From assembly GCA_965218425.1 (NCBI GenBank), contig OZ244621.1, forward strand, positions 4,010,812 through 4,074,811: a DNA stretch of 64,000 bases, given 5' to 3'. Source of the stretch: an uncultured Candidatus Binatia bacterium (lineage in GTDB: Bacteria; Desulfobacterota; Binatia; UBA9968; CAXXLF01). Within the stretch, counting starts at the first letter, position 1. Each line of letters opens with the position of its first letter. Shown here one piece after another: positions 9,901 through 19,125 of the stretch. Position numbers and translations under genes: made by a program. Below the pieces are notes generated by a model, which saw only the letters and a list, made by a program, of their open reading frames with translations, did not search any database and was not told the DNA's origin.

Positions 9901-10323
9901 TCAGTCCACGAGCTCGCCGGCATCCTGCCCCCCACCCGTTTGATAAACGATCCTTTTCCCCGTGGCGTCATCGATTTCCGAGCGCTGCCCACCCGCCTTG
10001 GCAAGATCTCCCTTGGTGGGATGGTTGCTATTGCCCAAAAGAACCATGGGTTCATCATGTGGGTTTGAACCTTCATAATACTCATGGGCTGGTATGCTGA
10101 TTATCTTGCCGGGGGAAAGCTCATGGGTTTCATTAGGCCCTTTCATGGTGCCTTTCCCGGTTAAAACATAGTAGGTTCGGTCACCGGGATGACTATGCAT
10201 CCTCTGGACGTCGCCCGGGGGGAAATACAACAACCACGTATCCAGGTTCGCTGTCCTAAAAAGGTTGACCCTTCGCCCCCTTTTTAACTCCTTGAGCGCC
10301 TCATTCGTTTCTTTGATTTCCAT
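9901..10323 (-). CDS. Cupin-2 domain protein
   Basis: 140 aa; MHSHPGDRTYYVLTGKG...HEL conserved cupin metal-binding His-containing motifs. Confidence 0.65.
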   Translation of the reverse strand: MEIKETNEALKELKRGRRVNLFRTANLDTWLLYFPPGDVQRMHSHPGDRTYYVLTGKGTMKGPNETHELSPGKIISIPAHEYYEGSNPHDEPMVLLGNSNHPTKGDLAKAGGQRSEIDDATGKRIVYQTGGGQDAGELVD

Positions 10324-10624
10324 AAATTCCTCCTCTGAGTTAATACGTCGACACCCCGAGGCAGTTCACGATCTAGCAAGATTCATTTCGCCTGAATTCA
10401 ATCCATATCCCCACCCAAGCAGACAGTCAAGTGTATGTATAGCTAAGAGGGCCAAGAAATTGCCTAGCAACCCTACATTTCCCAAAATGGACCATGAGAT
10501 AGGAAGCTTAATTTTTGTACCAATGGACAATACAGATTTCACCCGCAGGACGGCATAAATCCCATCCGTATTTGATTTTACAATATTTTAACAACACCCC
10601 ATGGGAAACAATTTGGCATGATCC

Positions 10625-11070
10625 ATGTTTTATTCACAGGATGGAAGGGGAACGTCCATGTTCAACAACAATACTAGCCAGAATGAGGGCCCGCTGCTAA
10701 CCGTCTTGGGCACAAGTATCTATCCTGAAGGAAAATTCAGTATTACCGAATATATACAAATTGAATATGAAGTATTAGCTGAGATTAATGTGGATGGAAA
10801 GCTGATTATAGAGACAGAGGCATTGTTAAAGCCGATGTCTACGCCACGGATGCCATCATCATGGGACACTGCGAAGGAAACATGGTTGCCACGGGCAATG
10901 TAGAGATTGCTGCTTCAGGGAGAGTCTCAGGGAACATTGAAACGGACTCCCTTGTTATCCCCCAAGGGCAGTTTTTTCAATGCTCAGGTAACCAAAATGC
11001 AGCGGGGCGCTGAAATAATCCAAGAAGAGCGGCATAGCGTCGCCCCGGCATTGTTCGCGCATAAGAAAGC
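10625..11070 (+). pseudogene. Bactofilin-family paralog disrupted by two frameshifts
   Basis: Three consecutive frames together recapitulate the intact bactofilin at 46924-47358: frame a ...EGKFSITEYIQIEYEVLAEINVDGKLIIETEALLK, frame b ADVYATDAIIMGHCEGNMVATGNVEIAASGRVSGNIETDSLVIPQGQFF (about 10838-10990), frame c ...FNAQVTKMQRGAEIIQEER; the region is AT-richer than its surroundings. Confidence 0.6.
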
Positions 11071-11142
11071 TAACGAAGTGCGTGTCAACCGAGTCCCCAT
11101 AAACCCACGCGGGTACCTTATAAAAAGGCCCCCGCACTCGAA

Positions 11143-11874
11143 CTACTTCACCTGGGGCAACCTGGGCCACTCCTCCAGTAGTCTGCCGGCACCAGGCACT
11201 CGAAACTTCAAACCCAGCCTCGATAAAATATTCCAGAGCATGGCAGGGTTACTGGCTACAACCGGGCTGGATAACCCTCGTTCAATTCGCGCCACCACCG
11301 CCAGAGGATCCAGCACACCTCCCTGAAAATAAATAGCCTGAAAATCTTTGACTGACTCGACGCATTTCTTAGTCAGCGAAAAAACATCATCTGGTCCCAG
11401 CTTTGTTGCGTCCTTATAGTCTTTGAACGGCGGAGGCGGAGAAATCGCTTTTAAGCCTTGTTTGGCCAGGTAGCCCCTGATCAACTGATTCATAGAGTCA
11501 TCAAAGGGTGTCATCAGAAGGAACTGCTTCGCTGAGAAGGCCCTGAGCGCAGTTACACAGGATTCCAGTGCCGTTGACACCGGCACTTTTATGGCTCCGT
11601 GGAGTTCTTCCGCCAGCCCCGGGTTCATGAGCTCCAGGGGCGCGCCGCCGACAAACACGCCCTGCCAACCGTTGGCCCGCACCAGCTCGCTAACCTTCTC
11701 TATCACCGCCCCCGTTTTACCCCTGAAATCGTTGAATGAGGTTCGAACGAACTCCAACCCATCGATGTCCATCTGCACCCCTTCCGGCACCACCGCCTTG
11801 AAGCTCTCGATATGGGGGCTCGCCCCGGAAACAGGACTGACAAATCCGATCTTGGCCTTGATGGTCCGAGCCAT
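11143..11874 (-). CDS. Asp/Glu/hydantoin racemase family protein (maleate cis-trans isomerase / arylmalonate decarboxylase-like)
   Basis: 243 aa; length and two-lobe organisation typical of the family (IGFVSP... N-lobe; second lobe with conserved G/S-rich segments). Confidence 0.6.
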   Translation of the reverse strand: MARTIKAKIGFVSPVSGASPHIESFKAVVPEGVQMDIDGLEFVRTSFNDFRGKTGAVIEKVSELVRANGWQGVFVGGAPLELMNPGLAEELHGAIKVPVSTALESCVTALRAFSAKQFLLMTPFDDSMNQLIRGYLAKQGLKAISPPPPFKDYKDATKLGPDDVFSLTKKCVESVKDFQAIYFQGGVLDPLAVVARIERGLSSPVVASNPAMLWNILSRLGLKFRVPGAGRLLEEWPRLPQVK

Positions 11875-11958
11875 AATCCCTCCTGTTCTGGCGATTGGGG
11901 TCAGACTGAGCTAGCCCGAGCATGACGGACACCCTCAGGTTAACCGCAGCGTCTTTTT

Positions 11959-13023
11959 CTAAAGTCCGTAGAACGCCTGGGAGTTGCTCTCCAGGATCTT
12001 GTGGGCCTGATCGTTGCTGATCCTGCTCTCGTCCACCCAGTTATGCACCTCGTTCAACCCGCTCAGGTTGGCGGAGATATCGGTATGGCTGTAGTCCGTG
12101 CCGATCATCAGGTGGTCTTCAGTTCCGAACTTCAGCAGGGACTCAATGTCGTCAATAGGGTCAATGGTGATGAACGCACGGTTCTCTCGAAACAGTCCCG
12201 GCTCCAGTTTGAACAGGTGGGGCAATCGACTCTGCCGACCTCGCAGTGCCGCACGCTTCTTAGCTCCCAATTGCGACATTACATAAGGAATCCAGGACGC
12301 TCCGGACTCAATGAAACCAAACCGGAGTTTCGGGAACTTCTTTGGAACCCCGGAGCTTACCAGCTCACCGAAGGAGTACATGACAGGAAAGCCCCTGTCC
12401 CATTCGTGGCCGGGCAGCGGGTGGCCCGTGTGAATGCACAGAGGCAGCTCGAGTGCATTGGCCTCCTCATAGATTGGAAAGAAGTGCGGGTCGGTGACTT
12501 TCCTGTCGAGGTCAAACCCCCGCTTGAAGATGCCACAGGCCCCGTGCTCCTTTGCCCAGCGCAGTTCCTCAACGGCTTTGTCGGGCTGCAGCAAAGGCAA
12601 CACAGCCGCCCACTGCAACCGCCCATTTGTTGGCGCACATTTCTCGGCAAGCCAGCGGTTGTAGGTGGTGGTCAGTGCCCATTCGGCTTCGGCGCTGTTC
12701 GTGTTGTAGCGGATGAAGAAGGTGGGGAATATAACCTGCACATCTACGCCCATCTCGTCCATATGGGCTAAGCGGCCCTGTACGTCCTCCAGCTCTCGCC
12801 GCACCCGGAGTGGATGATTCACTTCGTCGCGGATGGCACGGTTCTGCAGCCTGCCTTCAACCACCCATCTGCGGCTGTTGGTCGGGTTTAAGCCGGCACG
12901 TCTGGCCTCTTCTGGCGGTAAAGTGACTGTTACCGGTATATACTTTGCGTAGGGAGTACCCTCCAACTTTGCCCAGGTGGACTCTGACTCGTCAACATGT
13001 GTATCGGCATCAATCACTGGCAT
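11959..13023 (-). CDS. Amidohydrolase_2 family metal-dependent hydrolase/decarboxylase (ACMSD-like)
   Basis: 354 aa; N-terminal VIDADTHV metal-binding motif, CIHTGHP and D..H motifs typical of the amidohydrolase-2 TIM barrel. Confidence 0.75.
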   Translation of the reverse strand: MPVIDADTHVDESESTWAKLEGTPYAKYIPVTVTLPPEEARRAGLNPTNSRRWVVEGRLQNRAIRDEVNHPLRVRRELEDVQGRLAHMDEMGVDVQVIFPTFFIRYNTNSAEAEWALTTTYNRWLAEKCAPTNGRLQWAAVLPLLQPDKAVEELRWAKEHGACGIFKRGFDLDRKVTDPHFFPIYEEANALELPLCIHTGHPLPGHEWDRGFPVMYSFGELVSSGVPKKFPKLRFGFIESGASWIPYVMSQLGAKKRAALRGRQSRLPHLFKLEPGLFRENRAFITIDPIDDIESLLKFGTEDHLMIGTDYSHTDISANLSGLNEVHNWVDESRISNDQAHKILESNSQAFYGL

Positions 13024-13202
13024 GGCAAAACCTCCTACACTTGCTACAACTAGGATTCGCTCAACCGACCCATTCCAGGCAAGCCTACCAATCTTTCAGG
13101 GCAGTCTCAAGGTTGGTAAATTGTGAGTTGGAATTGGTGAGAGGCAGAGGCCCAAGATAGCAAAGGGGTCAGCCGCTACCACTAGACGCTGGATCTTTAA
13201 GT

Positions 13203-13556
13203 TTAGTCGCAGTAGAACTCCACCCAGTAGCCGTTGGGATCGCAGAAGTAGACGCTTCGGTTTCCCCGTTGTCCTTCGATCTTCACCTTTTCCTTCTTGA
13301 GACGTTTCTTGACCTGGTTCATGACGGGGCGAGAGACGCTAAAGCCAAAGTGATCCAATCCCCGGGACGTCTTGAGCGTTTCCCTGCTCTTCACAAAGTC
13401 CAGGAGATCATCCTGTTTTGGCCAGCGGAGAAAAAGCCTTTTTGGGGGATGACGAAATGCGACTTCGAGGCCCAACACTTCCGTGTAAAATCGCTCCGTT
13501 TTTTCAAGATCACCTGTCTTTAACGATAAGTGACGTAGGCCGGTGTTACGCTTCAT
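13203..13556 (-). CDS. VOC (glyoxalase/bleomycin-resistance/dioxygenase) family protein
   Basis: 117 aa; LRHLSLKTGDLEKTERFYTEVLGLEV ... GLDHFGFSV paired beta-alpha-beta-beta-beta modules. Confidence 0.7.
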   Translation of the reverse strand: MKRNTGLRHLSLKTGDLEKTERFYTEVLGLEVAFRHPPKRLFLRWPKQDDLLDFVKSRETLKTSRGLDHFGFSVSRPVMNQVKKRLKKEKVKIEGQRGNRSVYFCDPNGYWVEFYCD

Positions 13557-13588
13557 TTGAACCCTCCCTTTGGTCCATGTCGAACCTG

Positions 13589-15952
13589 TTACTTGCTACG
13601 AGATTGATCCTTTTCGGATGTGAGGGCAAGAAAAATCTTCTCCCCCGTTACCGGGAGCTCTTTGATTCGCACCCCCACGGCGTCAAAGACAGCATTGGCG
13701 ATGGCAGGCGCCACGGGAATAAGGGCGGTCTCACCGATCCCCTTGGCCCCCAGGGGCCCCTCGCTGTGGGGGATCTCCAGAGCGATGGGTTCAATCACCT
13801 CCGGCATATCTCCCAGTGCCGGCAGGATGTAGTCGATAAAATTAGGATTCACCAGTTGCCCGTTGTCGAAGACGAGTTCTTCAAACATGGCTTGCCCCAT
13901 GCCGGTGATGGCCGCGCCACGAAGTTGTTGCTGACAACCCAGAGGGTTAACCGCCTTTCCCACGTCCACCGCGGTGGCATACTTCAGGATCTTTAGCTTG
14001 CCAGTCCTTTGATCCACTTCCACCTCGATGGCACCTGCCCCCACGAACCAGAAGGCAGAGGTCATCTTCTCCCCATTGGGCTGCGCGGCCTGAGTCCGCA
14101 CTTCTCCCTGACCCAGCAGAGTGCCACCGGGCATGCCAAAGTGCTTGAAGAGCACTTCTTTGTAATCCAGCGCTGTTTCCGGAAGTCTCACCTTGCCACC
14201 GGACAAAGTCAAATGCTTGGCTGAAATCCCGTATTCACTAGTGACAATATCCTTTAACTGTTGGCCGATATCCCTGGCTGCCAACTGGACAGCCTTACCC
14301 ATATGAAAAGTGGACCGGCTGGATGAAGTGGTCAGATCGTAAGGCGCCACGTCGGTGTCTGCGGCCAACACCTGGATTCTATCCATCGGGATCTCCAGCT
14401 CATGGTTGACCATCTGTGCCAGGACCGTTTCAGAGCCTTGACCCATTTCCACGGTGCCGGTAAAAATAGTGGCACTTCCGTCCTCGTTGAGCTTCACCGT
14501 TGCACATGAGACGGACGGGGTGATGGTGGCCTTGATCAAACAGGCGATACCCTTTCCCCGGCGACTCTGACCGTTACGGGACTGAGGCGGTTTTTTCTTC
14601 CAATCCACCGACGCCGCCACTTTTTCCAGGCAGCTCTTCAAGCCGATGCTGGATAGATGCTCACCGGTCACGAACTCGCTCCCCTCCTCGTAGGCGTTTT
14701 TGAGGCGAATCTCTAAAGGGTCCATCTTCAAGGCAGCCGCGATGATGTCCATCTGGGACTCATTGGCCCAGGCGGATTGGGACACCCCAAAACCGCGGAA
14801 TGCACCTGCCGGGGGTTTATTGGTATAGACGGACAGCGAGTCAATCTTTACATTGGGGATTTTATAAGGTCCCGCTGCGGTGTAGCCTGATTTCATGGCC
14901 ACTCGCGGCCCGATCTCGGCATAGGCGCCGGTATCAAATAGCATCTCGCACTCACGCGCCACCAGGGTTCCGTCCTTCTTTACACCCGTTTTCAATCTGA
15001 TGGCCGCGGCGTGTTTTGTAACGGTGAAAAATACCTCTTCGCGAGTGAGTAAAATTCGCACCGCCAGCCCCGCCTTTTTAGCCAGGGCAACCGTCAGGGG
15101 TTCCAGTTTGGGATAGACCTTGCTCCCGTAACCGCCTCCCAAGTATGGAGCAACCACCCGAACCTTGGATACCGGAACCTTGAAGATATTGGCGAGCTGG
15201 GTGCGCACCACAAAGGGATTCTGAGTGGTGGACCAGACCGAAATACGTCCGTCCGCTTCAACTGAGGCAATACAACCATGGGGCTCCAGGGCCGCATGCT
15301 GTGTGGTGGGTAGGGCAAAGGTATCCTCAAAAATGTGATCCGATTCCTTGAAACCTCTTTCCACATCGCCCTTTGTAAGCTTGAAATGGGTGCAGATATT
15401 CGTTCCTTCCACGGCTTCAATCTCAGCCAGATCAGCAAAGCCGCGCACCGGTTTCTGAACCGTCTCGTGCACCAGGGATGCGCCCTTTTTAGCGGCCTCG
15501 TTTACATCATATACCGCTGGAAGCTCCTCGTATTCCACGTCAATGGCCTGAATGGCCTCTTGCGCTGTACCCGGATCCCTTGCGGCAACCGCTGCAATGG
15601 GATCGCCCACATGGCGGACCTTTTCCACGGCCACAATGGTCTGATCCTTGAAGACGGGTCCGTAGTAGGGATCAATCCCCCGGTCTTTGACAATGTCATC
15701 GCGGGTGAGTACCGCGAGGACTCCCGGTATCTTCAATGCATTGGAGGCATCGATGCTTCCAATCCGCGCGTGGGGGACCTGACTGCGCAGCACGCGTCCA
15801 TAGCACATGCCGGGGACTTGCATATCGGCGAGATAAACTGCCCGACCGGTGACCTTGGCCTTGACGTCCAGGCGACGTACCGAGTTTTTAATAGAATGAT
15901 CTGCCATGCTGCGATCCCTATCGACCTGCAACTTTCTGGATGGCTTCAACAA
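13589..15952 (-). CDS. Xanthine dehydrogenase/aldehyde oxidase family molybdopterin-binding large subunit (CoxL-like)
   Basis: 787 aa; Ald_Xan_dh_C / MoCo-binding signature blocks (GGGFGSK-like GGGYGSKV, ...EP..A); last gene of an FAD + 2Fe-2S + MoCo operon. Confidence 0.85.
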   Translation of the reverse strand: MLKPSRKLQVDRDRSMADHSIKNSVRRLDVKAKVTGRAVYLADMQVPGMCYGRVLRSQVPHARIGSIDASNALKIPGVLAVLTRDDIVKDRGIDPYYGPVFKDQTIVAVEKVRHVGDPIAAVAARDPGTAQEAIQAIDVEYEELPAVYDVNEAAKKGASLVHETVQKPVRGFADLAEIEAVEGTNICTHFKLTKGDVERGFKESDHIFEDTFALPTTQHAALEPHGCIASVEADGRISVWSTTQNPFVVRTQLANIFKVPVSKVRVVAPYLGGGYGSKVYPKLEPLTVALAKKAGLAVRILLTREEVFFTVTKHAAAIRLKTGVKKDGTLVARECEMLFDTGAYAEIGPRVAMKSGYTAAGPYKIPNVKIDSLSVYTNKPPAGAFRGFGVSQSAWANESQMDIIAAALKMDPLEIRLKNAYEEGSEFVTGEHLSSIGLKSCLEKVAASVDWKKKPPQSRNGQSRRGKGIACLIKATITPSVSCATVKLNEDGSATIFTGTVEMGQGSETVLAQMVNHELEIPMDRIQVLAADTDVAPYDLTTSSSRSTFHMGKAVQLAARDIGQQLKDIVTSEYGISAKHLTLSGGKVRLPETALDYKEVLFKHFGMPGGTLLGQGEVRTQAAQPNGEKMTSAFWFVGAGAIEVEVDQRTGKLKILKYATAVDVGKAVNPLGCQQQLRGAAITGMGQAMFEELVFDNGQLVNPNFIDYILPALGDMPEVIEPIALEIPHSEGPLGAKGIGETALIPVAPAIANAVFDAVGVRIKELPVTGEKIFLALTSEKDQSRSK

Positions 15953-16379
15953 TTTCGTGGTAGCACCCGCACCGACAAAAGTTTCCCGTTAGATAGCTGC
16001 GGATCTCCGCCACAGTCGGGTGGGGATTTTCCGCCAACAGCGCTTTGGCGGTCAGAATAAATCCCGAGGTGCAATAACCGCACTGTAACGCTCCAAAATC
16101 CATGAAGGCCTCTTGCACAGGGTCTAAAGTGTCTCCGTTTCCCAATCCTTCGATAGTCGTGACGCTACAACCGCCGGCATCCACCGCAAGGGTAGAACAG
16201 GCGCTCACCGGTTTGCCATCCAGCAGCACGGTGCAAGTGCCACACACCTGGATATCGCAGCCAAGCTTTGCGCCGGTCAATGCTAGATGGTCCCGTAAAA
16301 CCTCCAGTAGGGTTACTCGAGGTTCCACCTCCATCTCCCGCTCTCTACCGTTAACCGTGATACGAACGGATTTCTTCAT
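15918..16379 (-). CDS. (2Fe-2S)-binding small subunit of the molybdo-hydroxylase (CoxS-like)
   Basis: Two [2Fe-2S] cysteine clusters (C..C.C..C and CGYCTSGF); likely start MKKSVRITVNG at 16379, which overlaps the stop of the FAD subunit gene by ATGA; the ORF-track start at 16499 is probably too long. Confidence 0.85.
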   Translation of the reverse strand: MKKSVRITVNGREREMEVEPRVTLLEVLRDHLALTGAKLGCDIQVCGTCTVLLDGKPVSACSTLAVDAGGCSVTTIEGLGNGDTLDPVQEAFMDFGALQCGYCTSGFILTAKALLAENPHPTVAEIRSYLTGNFCRCGCYHEIVEAIQKVAGR

Positions 16380-17263
16380 GACTTCTTTGCTGCCGCCTCC
16401 GCCCGCTCGTAGGCCTTTGGAACGGCCTGTCTGAGCAGGGCGCTCACCATCTCCCTCTTGTATCTCTCCGATCCGCGCAGGTCGTCCAGTGGACTGCACT
16501 CCTGAGAGGCCAGGTGGGCGGCCTCCTCCACTGCGTCAGGCTTGATCTGCTTCCCCTCCAACGCCTGTTCCGCCTTGCGGGCGCGTATGGGTGTGGGAGC
16601 AACGCAACCCAGGGCAATCCTCACGTTGCGACAGATTCGATTCTTCGGCTCCAGGGTAATCCGCACCGAAACCCCAACGCAGGGTTTGTCCACCACCGAA
16701 CCGCTGGAAAACCGGATATACTCCACGCCTGTACGGGGAGGCGCAGGGGGAATTTCCACCTGGGTCAGGACCTCGTCATCGGCAAGAACAGTCCGGTAAT
16801 AGTCCAGAAAGAGCTCCTCTAGCGCCAGGGTGCGTTTTCCCGATGCCCCAAGAATGTTAACCCGGGCATCAAGGGAGATGAATAGGGACGGCAGATCTGT
16901 CAGAGGTTCCCCCGAGGCCAGATTTCCACCTACGGTTCCCATGCTGCGCACCCGGATGTTCGCCACCTCCCGCTCCACGTGGCGCAGGATGGGAAGTTTT
17001 TTCAAGACCAGTTCCGACGTCTCCAGATCGTGATGGGTAACCAGGGCTCCAATAATCAAACCCTTGGTAGAATCATATGAAATGTTCCTGAGATTGGGGA
17101 TCCTCTTGATGTTGATCAAGGCCTTGGGTCGAAGCAGCCCCTGCTTCAGGAGAATAGTAAGGCCGGTACCTCCCGCGTAAACCCGCGCCTCCCCTCCGTA
17201 TTGCTCGAGCAGGCTGCACGCCTCACCCACCGTGGCCGGTTCAAGGTACTCGAAGTCTCTCAT
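16376..17263 (-). CDS. FAD-binding subunit of the molybdo-hydroxylase (CoxM-like)
   Basis: 295 aa; FAD_binding_5 and CO_deh_flav_C architecture, AGGTGL motif near the N-terminus. Confidence 0.8.
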   Translation of the reverse strand: MRDFEYLEPATVGEACSLLEQYGGEARVYAGGTGLTILLKQGLLRPKALINIKRIPNLRNISYDSTKGLIIGALVTHHDLETSELVLKKLPILRHVEREVANIRVRSMGTVGGNLASGEPLTDLPSLFISLDARVNILGASGKRTLALEELFLDYYRTVLADDEVLTQVEIPPAPPRTGVEYIRFSSGSVVDKPCVGVSVRITLEPKNRICRNVRIALGCVAPTPIRARKAEQALEGKQIKPDAVEEAAHLASQECSPLDDLRGSERYKREMVSALLRQAVPKAYERAEAAAKKS

Positions 17264-17623
17264 ACAAGGTCTAAATTCTTACCGATAAAACGTTTAACAC
17301 GACGACATTGAGCAACTATTTTTTTCGCCAAGATGTCGGCAAGTTAAAACCCTAATTCCAAAGCACGAAATCCTATACAATTTCAAAACTTCAAACTATC
17401 AATGTTCAAAACCTATGACAAAAACTCTCGCGTTTCTTGCAAAGACGACAATCCAGGCACTTAAGACAAGGGGGTTGATCTTTTTGTTTTGAACTTTGGT
17501 AATTTGAATTTGTTTCGAGTTTCGAATTTGTAATCTTGTTTATACCTGGCGCCCTTTGCGTCTTTGCGCAAGGCATTTTTTTCTTGATTTCGTCATCTAT
17601 CCTTCAGCTGCAAATCTCAACTA

Positions 17624-18973
17624 TTATTTTATGTACTTGACCTTGTCGACTCCGGGGACCCTGACCCTGTCGAATCGCTCATGCTCCCCTATGGGCATGG
17701 TGGCGTCCATCCCCCACCCCGCCGTGGTACGAGGCTTCGGGACCGATGGATCCAAGGTGGAACTGGCGAGACGTGGAATAATAATGATATCCCGATCGGG
17801 CTGCATGCGGGTGCTGGCGGCCCAATCCACTTCGAGAGGGTTGTTCACGTTGATGTCCTCGTCCACAACCGTCACATGCTTGATGCCAACTCCCGAGGCT
17901 AAAAGGGCCAGGATGACGTTTCTCGCCTCCTCCTCCTGCCTCTTCTTGATGGATACCACCACATGATGTCGAAAGGTCCCGCCCGCTGTCAGGCAGATCC
18001 CCCTCACCTCCGGGACGATCTTTTTTACCTCGCGGTAAACATGGGCGGCGTTGGCATATTTGATTAGCGTATGGTTCTCCGTCACGGGAAATCCTGCCAG
18101 ACAGGTTTGATAGATTGGATTTTCCCGCATGGTGATGGCCTTCACTATTAATACTGCGGCCTGCTTGGCCTCACTGTAGCAGCCCTGGTACTCCCCGTAG
18201 GGGCCATCGGTAATTCGTTCTCCCGGAAGGGTCACCCCTTCAATCACAATTTCTGCTGAAGCCGGCACTTCCACATCGATGGTCTGGCACTTCCTCAGCT
18301 TAACGGGGGAACCCCGCAATCCTCCGGCAACTTCGAACTCGTCCACTCCCATGGGAACCTTTGCCTGAGATCCCACCACGATGGCCGGATCCACTCCGAT
18401 GGCAGTCGCCACTTCGAGTCCTTCGCCCCTTTCCTCCGCCTTGGCGATGAAACGGCCCAGGTGGTGGTCGGGAGGCGCCCAGAGAGACAGACGATCTTTA
18501 CCCGACCGCAACATTCGGTGAATGGAAACGTTACGCTCACCGGTATCAGGATCTTTGCCCACCTGCACACCGATGGTAATGTACGGACCCACGTCCCGCT
18601 CCGAATGGGTAACGATGGGCAGGCGGTTGAGGTCAATCTGCGCGCCTGTCCAGGTGGTGGCTTTTTCTGCGCCACCGGAGACCAGTTGCGGAGGAATGCG
18701 TTTGTCCTCGAGGGTGAGGTATCTTTCCAGCAGTTCCTCTTCATTAACTCGCAGTCCGAGGGCCACCAGCTTCTCCGTGGCAAACAGCCCGCCCAATACC
18801 CGCCAGTTAGGAAAACCCTTAACTTTTTCAAACAAAAGGGCAGGACCCTTGACATCGGACGTTTTCCGAATACCCGCAGCGATTTCGAATTTTGGATCCA
18901 CCTCCTCGCTAACTCTAAGTAACTGCCCCTGGTCCTCCAGATGAGATAGGTAACTGCGTAGGTCTTCAAACAT
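17624..18973 (-). CDS. UbiD-family (prFMN-dependent) aromatic acid decarboxylase/carboxylase
   Basis: 449 aa; MFEDLRSYLSHLEDQGQLLRV...PALLFEKVKG matches the UbiD N-terminal signature and has the typical length. Confidence 0.85.
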   Translation of the reverse strand: MFEDLRSYLSHLEDQGQLLRVSEEVDPKFEIAAGIRKTSDVKGPALLFEKVKGFPNWRVLGGLFATEKLVALGLRVNEEELLERYLTLEDKRIPPQLVSGGAEKATTWTGAQIDLNRLPIVTHSERDVGPYITIGVQVGKDPDTGERNVSIHRMLRSGKDRLSLWAPPDHHLGRFIAKAEERGEGLEVATAIGVDPAIVVGSQAKVPMGVDEFEVAGGLRGSPVKLRKCQTIDVEVPASAEIVIEGVTLPGERITDGPYGEYQGCYSEAKQAAVLIVKAITMRENPIYQTCLAGFPVTENHTLIKYANAAHVYREVKKIVPEVRGICLTAGGTFRHHVVVSIKKRQEEEARNVILALLASGVGIKHVTVVDEDINVNNPLEVDWAASTRMQPDRDIIIIPRLASSTLDPSVPKPRTTAGWGMDATMPIGEHERFDRVRVPGVDKVKYIK

Positions 18974-19125
18974 CTCTACTCCTTTGGGAAGCCTTTCTTG
19001 AATATTAGGCTTTGAAATGCCTTACCTAGCATGGAACTCCGCTATTTAAAAGAAACCGAAACCGCCCCTAGACACTTGTGGAATCTCACCGACCGTCATA
19101 ACTTAACCCTGGATCGAAACCGGTT

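Noticed and set aside
12001-12771. 256-aa plus-strand ORF
   Set aside because: Antisense to the amidohydrolase_2 gene; a high-GC artefact.
15335-16060. 241-aa plus-strand ORF
   Set aside because: Antisense to the molybdo-hydroxylase large-subunit gene.
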